Of a stretch of DNA of 64,000 nucleotides, positions 59,908-64,000 are shown piece by piece. This DNA is from Bacteroidetes bacterium UKL13-3 (GTDB lineage: Bacteria; Bacteroidota; Bacteroidia; UKL13-3), in NCBI GenBank assembly GCA_001602415.1, contig CP012155.1, positions 2,874,824 to 2,938,823 on the forward strand. Direction: 5' to 3'. Below the pieces are notes generated by a model. The model was not told the DNA's origin and did no database searches. It worked only from the letters and a program-made list of their open reading frames with translations. Position numbers and translations under genes: made by a program. The stretch's first letter is position 1, and each line of letters begins with the position of its first letter.

Positions 59908-60810
59908 TTAACCTAACCGATATTTAGAAACATATTGATAGAGGTTAAAGTTTTCATCTTTTAAACACTCTTTAATTTCCTCCAACAACTGCGGAAACGA
60001 AACATCTTTTGTGCGCATGTTCTTAATTAGGGTAAGGGCTTTTTCAGCAACCAAAACTGCCTTGCGCGAGCTGATTTGACTTAACTTTCCATGGTTTTCA
60101 ATAGCGGTTAATAGCTCGTTTAGTCCTTCGTTTTTGGTTGCAACCGTTCGAACAACAGGCGTTTCCCAATCGCTTGTGGCGTGGCTATGAGCAAGCATGG
60201 TAAGGTTTTTATAGAACGTATTTGCTCCGTCTCTATCGGCTTTGTTTAACACATAAATATCCGCAATTTCCATCACACCACTTTTAATGGTTTGAATATC
60301 ATCACCTGCTTCGGGTACCAATGCCAAAATAGTAGTGTCGGCCAACGATGCAATTTCCACCTCACTTTGTCCAACTCCCACCGTTTCAATAATAATATAA
60401 TCAAACCAAGCAGCTTTTAATACATCTGTAACCTCTAGTATTTTAGGAGATAATCCACCTAAACTTCCCCTGCTGGCCATGCTGCGTATAAATACATCGG
60501 GGTGCAAAAAGTGATCGATCATGCGCACCCTATCGCCCATCAATGCCCCGCGGTTAAACGGTGAACTAGGATCAACAGCAACAATAGCCAAACTTTTTCC
60601 GGCCAATAACATTTGTTGAGTAAGTGCACTAATTAAGGTGCTTTTTCCGGCACCTGGAGGACCTGTAATACCAATAACGGGAGTGTGTTTATTGGGCAAC
60701 GATTGCAATAACGTTTCATATCCTTCGGTTTCATTTTCAACGGTGCTAATTGCCCTTGCCAAAGCTCGTTTATCATGTTGCGCTAATTGTTGTAAAAGGA
60801 TATGTGCCAA
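59908..60810 (-). CDS. meaB: methylmalonyl-CoA mutase-associated GTPase MeaB/ArgK
   Basis: P-loop GITGPPGAGKSTLI and GDRVRM motifs characteristic of MeaB. Confidence 0.85.
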   Translation of the reverse strand: MAHILLQQLAQHDKRALARAISTVENETEGYETLLQSLPNKHTPVIGITGPPGAGKSTLISALTQQMLLAGKSLAIVAVDPSSPFNRGALMGDRVRMIDHFLHPDVFIRSMASRGSLGGLSPKILEVTDVLKAAWFDYIIIETVGVGQSEVEIASLADTTILALVPEAGDDIQTIKSGVMEIADIYVLNKADRDGANTFYKNLTMLAHSHATSDWETPVVRTVATKNEGLNELLTAIENHGKLSQISSRKAVLVAEKALTLIKNMRTKDVSFPQLLEEIKECLKDENFNLYQYVSKYRLG

Positions 60811-60865
60811 TGGATGGATTGTTATGAGTGCAAGTTTACGAATATTTATGAGGGGAACGTGTGTG

Positions 60866-61972
60866 CTAATATGTCCTTTTTTTCCACTGCATTTTTACCG
60901 GTAGTATGAAAAAAATCTGTGTGCTAATAGCAATGATATTAGCGTATACATCATACAGTAATACGAGTAAAAAATGTTGGCGCATGCTTAGTTTGTATTG
61001 CAGCCACAGCACAAACAGTGATTGTATCCCCCATTTAATACCGTACAGTTGCACAGCTAGCAAGGGTTGGTAAAAAAACAATATGATAATAGCTGGAAGG
61101 AAAGATCCTAATATTCCAAATAAAATCCACCAATACAGAGGAAGTTCTTTGGCACCCATTAACCAACGTTTGCGCTGATGCATAAGTTGTACAAAAGAGG
61201 TAACCGGGCCCGAAATATTTAAACTGTTGCGGGTGATAATATTTTTTGTTTTCCAACCTTTTTTACGCACTTCCCGATAGAGTTTGTAATCTTCCGTTAC
61301 CGAAAAATCCAACCCTTCATATCCTCCCACACTTGTGTATGCCTCTTTACTTATAGCCATATTGTTTCCAACCGCAGTGCAGCCCATTCCAATATTATCA
61401 AAACCTTTGAGCAAACCCATAAAATACAACCAATCTAACCCCATTAATTGCGCAACAATTGGTTTATCGTGCACCATTGTTAATCCGGAAACAATGGCAA
61501 GTTTATCATCCGTAAAATGTGAAACCAACTCCTTTGCCCACTGTTGGTTTACAATAATGTCGGCATCGGTTATGGCATAAATAGTTCCGGTAGCTTTTTG
61601 TGCAAGATGTGCCAACACATTTGCTTTTCCCCTTGCATTGCCCAGTGTATGGGTAATATTCAAGAGTTTAAATTGTGGCTTATCTTTTATGAATGCTGTA
61701 ACCAAAGCCGCTGTTGCGTCCTCCGACTGGTCGTTTCCAACCAAAATTTGTATGTTATTTTTGGGGTAATTAAGTTCGTTGAGTGCTTGCAAACATTGAA
61801 TAATGTGCTGCTCTTCATTGCGTGCAGCAATCAGTACCGATAATAAAGGAAGTTCTGCATCAGCCATTTGTTTTGTGTCATCTTCTTTGAAGGCAGCTAC
61901 TCCCCAAAACAACACAACTTGAATAACAATATATGCAGCAACAATTCCTAAACAAATAAACGAAAGCATCAT
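60866..61972 (-). CDS. family 2 glycosyltransferase with C-terminal TM helices (NodC/IcaA/PgaC-like processive GT2)
   Basis: LSVLIAARNEEQHI (DxD-region start), ITDADII, QRKRWLMG (the QxxRW motif of processive beta-glycosyltransferases). Several C-terminal TM segments. Confidence 0.75.
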   Translation of the reverse strand: MMLSFICLGIVAAYIVIQVVLFWGVAAFKEDDTKQMADAELPLLSVLIAARNEEQHIIQCLQALNELNYPKNNIQILVGNDQSEDATAALVTAFIKDKPQFKLLNITHTLGNARGKANVLAHLAQKATGTIYAITDADIIVNQQWAKELVSHFTDDKLAIVSGLTMVHDKPIVAQLMGLDWLYFMGLLKGFDNIGMGCTAVGNNMAISKEAYTSVGGYEGLDFSVTEDYKLYREVRKKGWKTKNIITRNSLNISGPVTSFVQLMHQRKRWLMGAKELPLYWWILFGILGSFLPAIIILFFYQPLLAVQLYGIKWGIQSLFVLWLQYKLSMRQHFLLVLLYDVYANIIAISTQIFFILPVKMQWKKRTY

Positions 61973-62587
61973 CTATAATAATTTATTAAACGTAAATCCT
62001 TTGTCCGAAAGTTGTTTAAGCACTTCGGGCAATATTTGTTGTAATTGCCTTTTAGCCTTTTCACTATCATGAAACACAATGATTGAACCGTTTTGTGCTG
62101 CATTTACGGTTGCCTGTATAGCTTGCTCAATGTTAATGTTCGAATCATAATCGCGGGTTAGAATATCCCACATAATGATGCTATATCCTTGTCGTTTAAG
62201 CTTGCCAATTTGCAGTGGACTTATTCTTCCGTATGGCGGGCGAAACAATTTGCTCTTTACCAAAGTGGCGCAGCGCGAAACGTTATCGTAATAGCGTTGG
62301 TTGTCTGTTGTCCAACCTTTAAGGTGATTGTATGTGTGGTTGCCCGTTGCATGTCCCTGGTCGATAATAGAATGATAGGTTCCAGGAAATTTGGTAACGT
62401 TTTCGCCCACACAAAAAAAAGTAGCTTTGGCGTTATGTTGTTTTAAGATGTTTAGCACCCAATGGGTAATTTCGGGGTGCGGACCATCATCAAAGGTTAA
62501 AAACACAACCTTATCACTTGTTTGAACCTTCCAAGTAAGGGATGGCACTAATAAAGGAAGAAAAGATGGTAATGTGTGTTTAAACAT
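61973..62587 (-). CDS. polysaccharide deacetylase (CE4, NodB-like)
   Basis: VFLTFDDGPHPEITHWVLNILKQHNAKATFFCVGEN...HTYNH are the NodB-homology motifs. No gap to the GT2 gene. Confidence 0.8.
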   Translation of the reverse strand: MFKHTLPSFLPLLVPSLTWKVQTSDKVVFLTFDDGPHPEITHWVLNILKQHNAKATFFCVGENVTKFPGTYHSIIDQGHATGNHTYNHLKGWTTDNQRYYDNVSRCATLVKSKLFRPPYGRISPLQIGKLKRQGYSIIMWDILTRDYDSNINIEQAIQATVNAAQNGSIIVFHDSEKAKRQLQQILPEVLKQLSDKGFTFNKLL

Positions 62588-62616
62588 TATTTTTGAATCG
62601 GTACAACTGTTTATCT

Positions 62617-64000
62617 ATGAAATTTTATAACACCATTGTGTTGCGCAAGTTACTAATTATCGCTCTTATTTTAGTTAGCAACACTCAAATACAAGCGCAG
62701 CGCACGTATACGTTGCAAGAGTGCATCGACCAAGCATTTAAAAACAACATTACCATTAAGCAGCGCGAACTCAATCAGCGCAGTGTGCAGGCCGATCAAC
62801 AACAAAGTAAACTGAACTTATTACCTAGCATTAACGGACAAGCAACCAATAATTACAATATTGGATTTGCCATTAATCCGGTTACCAACACCACTCAAAA
62901 CAATGCCACTTTCCGAAGCAATAATTTTGCAGTTAGCAGTTCGGTAACATTGTTCAATGGGTTTCAGAACATAAACAATATTAAACAGCAAAACGCCAAC
63001 GCTAAGGCAACCGATGCTGATGTGCTTGCCACAAAAAACAATATTGCCTTGTCGGTATCAAATGTATATTTACAAGTATTGATGAATGCTGAGATTGCAG
63101 CTGCGCGTGAATTGCAAATTCAATCAACGGCAGAGCAACTTAAACGTCAGGAGAAACTCTATGAATTGGGTGGAGCGAACAAGGTTAAATTATTACAACT
63201 CAAGGCGCAGTATGCCAACGAAGAATCGCAACTCATCACGGCACAAACACAATTGGATCAATCATATTTAACGCTTTGGCAGTTATTGAACATCGCCCCC
63301 GACCCTAATAACAAAGTGCAAAAGCCTGATAGTGCAACCACCACAAACCTTCCTAATGAAATCCTGAATGCCGATTTTATCTATAAATCTTTTTTAGATA
63401 AAAGTCCGGAGGTACAAGCGGCTAAAAACAGGACAGACGCTGCGAGGTTGGCACATAGTATTGCAATTGGTGGTCGTAGCCCACGTTTAACCGTTGGCGG
63501 TAGTATTAGCTCGTTTTACTCAACACAAACACAACAAGGAGTTGGAACACCTACGCAGTTTCTTATTCCCATTGGACAAGATATTAGCGGAAATCCATCA
63601 CCGTATTTCACGCCTATTACAAGATACGGAAGCAGTGAGGTTGTTCCCTTTGGTGATCAGTTTGACAAGAACCTTGGTAAAAACGTTGGTTTCACCCTTT
63701 CGGTTCCCATCTTCAACGGTTACCAGGTTAGCACCAATATTCAAAAAACGCGCATCAACCAGATGAGCAGTGAGCTCACCCAAAAACAAACCGAGATGGA
63801 CGTTTACAAAAATGTAAACCAAGCTTACCTCGATTTTAAATCTTCTCAAAAACGATATGAATCTAATGTAAATAATTATGCTGCAAACAAGGAAGCAATG
63901 ACCGTGGCCGAGGCCCAGTTTAATTTAGGAGCCTTGAGTACAGCCGATTTTATTGTGACCAAATCGCAGTATTTACAAGCCGAAACCAATTTGGTGCAGG
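62617..64000 (+). CDS. TolC-family outer membrane efflux protein (3'-partial, runs off window)
   Basis: ATG at 62617, then open to the window end (absent from the ORF track because no stop is reached). Signal peptide. YTLQECIDQAFKNNITIK and two Leu/Gln-rich coiled-coil repeats typical of TolC/OprM outer membrane factors. Confidence 0.75.
   Translation, partial: MKFYNTIVLRKLLIIALILVSNTQIQAQRTYTLQECIDQAFKNNITIKQRELNQRSVQADQQQSKLNLLPSINGQATNNYNIGFAINPVTNTTQNNATFRSNNFAVSSSVTLFNGFQNINNIKQQNANAKATDADVLATKNNIALSVSNVYLQVLMNAEIAAARELQIQSTAEQLKRQEKLYELGGANKVKLLQLKAQYANEESQLITAQTQLDQSYLTLWQLLNIAPDPNNKVQKPDSATTTNLPNEILNADFIYKSFLDKSPEVQAAKNRTDAARLAHSIAIGGRSPRLTVGGSISSFYSTQTQQGVGTPTQFLIPIGQDISGNPSPYFTPITRYGSSEVVPFGDQFDKNLGKNVGFTLSVPIFNGYQVSTNIQKTRINQMSSELTQKQTEMDVYKNVNQAYLDFKSSQKRYESNVNNYAANKEAMTVAEAQFNLGALSTADFIVTKSQYLQAETNLVQ

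Noticed and set aside
1-64000. tRNA, rRNA, tmRNA, RNase P and CRISPR arrays
   Set aside because: No T-loop/anticodon-arm-like cloverleaf candidates were found by eye. There are no regularly spaced identical direct repeats of 25-40 bp, no rRNA-like conserved blocks, and no ANDENYALAA-type tag-coding sequence.

Overview
This 64 kb window comes from a Bacteroidetes chromosome, likely a gliding Flavobacteriia/Sphingobacteriia-type organism, judged from sprA, T9SS C-terminal domains (CTDs), bshA, and rpoN. It mixes conserved housekeeping loci with several small accessory or decaying patches.

Conserved backbone genes:
- DNA repair and recombination: mutL, ruvA, recJ.
- Translation cluster: frr, pyrH, tsf-rpsB-rpsI-rplM.
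- Other housekeeping: sprA (2400 aa, T9SS translocon), panD, purN, rpoN, asnS, tsaB, meaB.
- A GT2 glycosyltransferase plus CE4 deacetylase pair.
- A partial TolC-family gene at the 3' edge.

Accessory and decaying patches:
- A 2-gene module, HTH-ImmA/IrrE metallopeptidase plus a DUF4411 PIN-like gene carrying an in-frame TAG. It is inserted between pyrH and the tsf terminator, inside the otherwise conserved translation-factor/ribosomal cluster.
- An IS982-family element next to a Kazal-domain T9SS cargo gene and a MORN lipoprotein.
- A junkyard at 38.8-39.7 kb holding a T9SS CTD remnant, an IS200/IS605 TnpA fragment, and a family of CTAAC/GTTAG hairpin repeats that recurs at 19.6 kb.
- A degraded region at 47-55 kb:
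  - An FG-GAP/T9SS gene with an in-frame TGA.
  - A three-piece T9SS cargo remnant.
  - A 5'-truncated IS1182/IS5-like transposase.
  - An AbiEii-type nucleotidyltransferase split by a frameshift, with its small partner gene intact.
- An uncharacterized operon of four exported proteins, divergently paired with an XRE regulator and a palindromic operator-like site.

A recurring theme is that toxin-like or cargo genes are inactivated by single lesions while their partner genes stay intact. No rRNA, tRNA or CRISPR array was recognised. All family assignments rest on motif recognition by eye, not on database searches.
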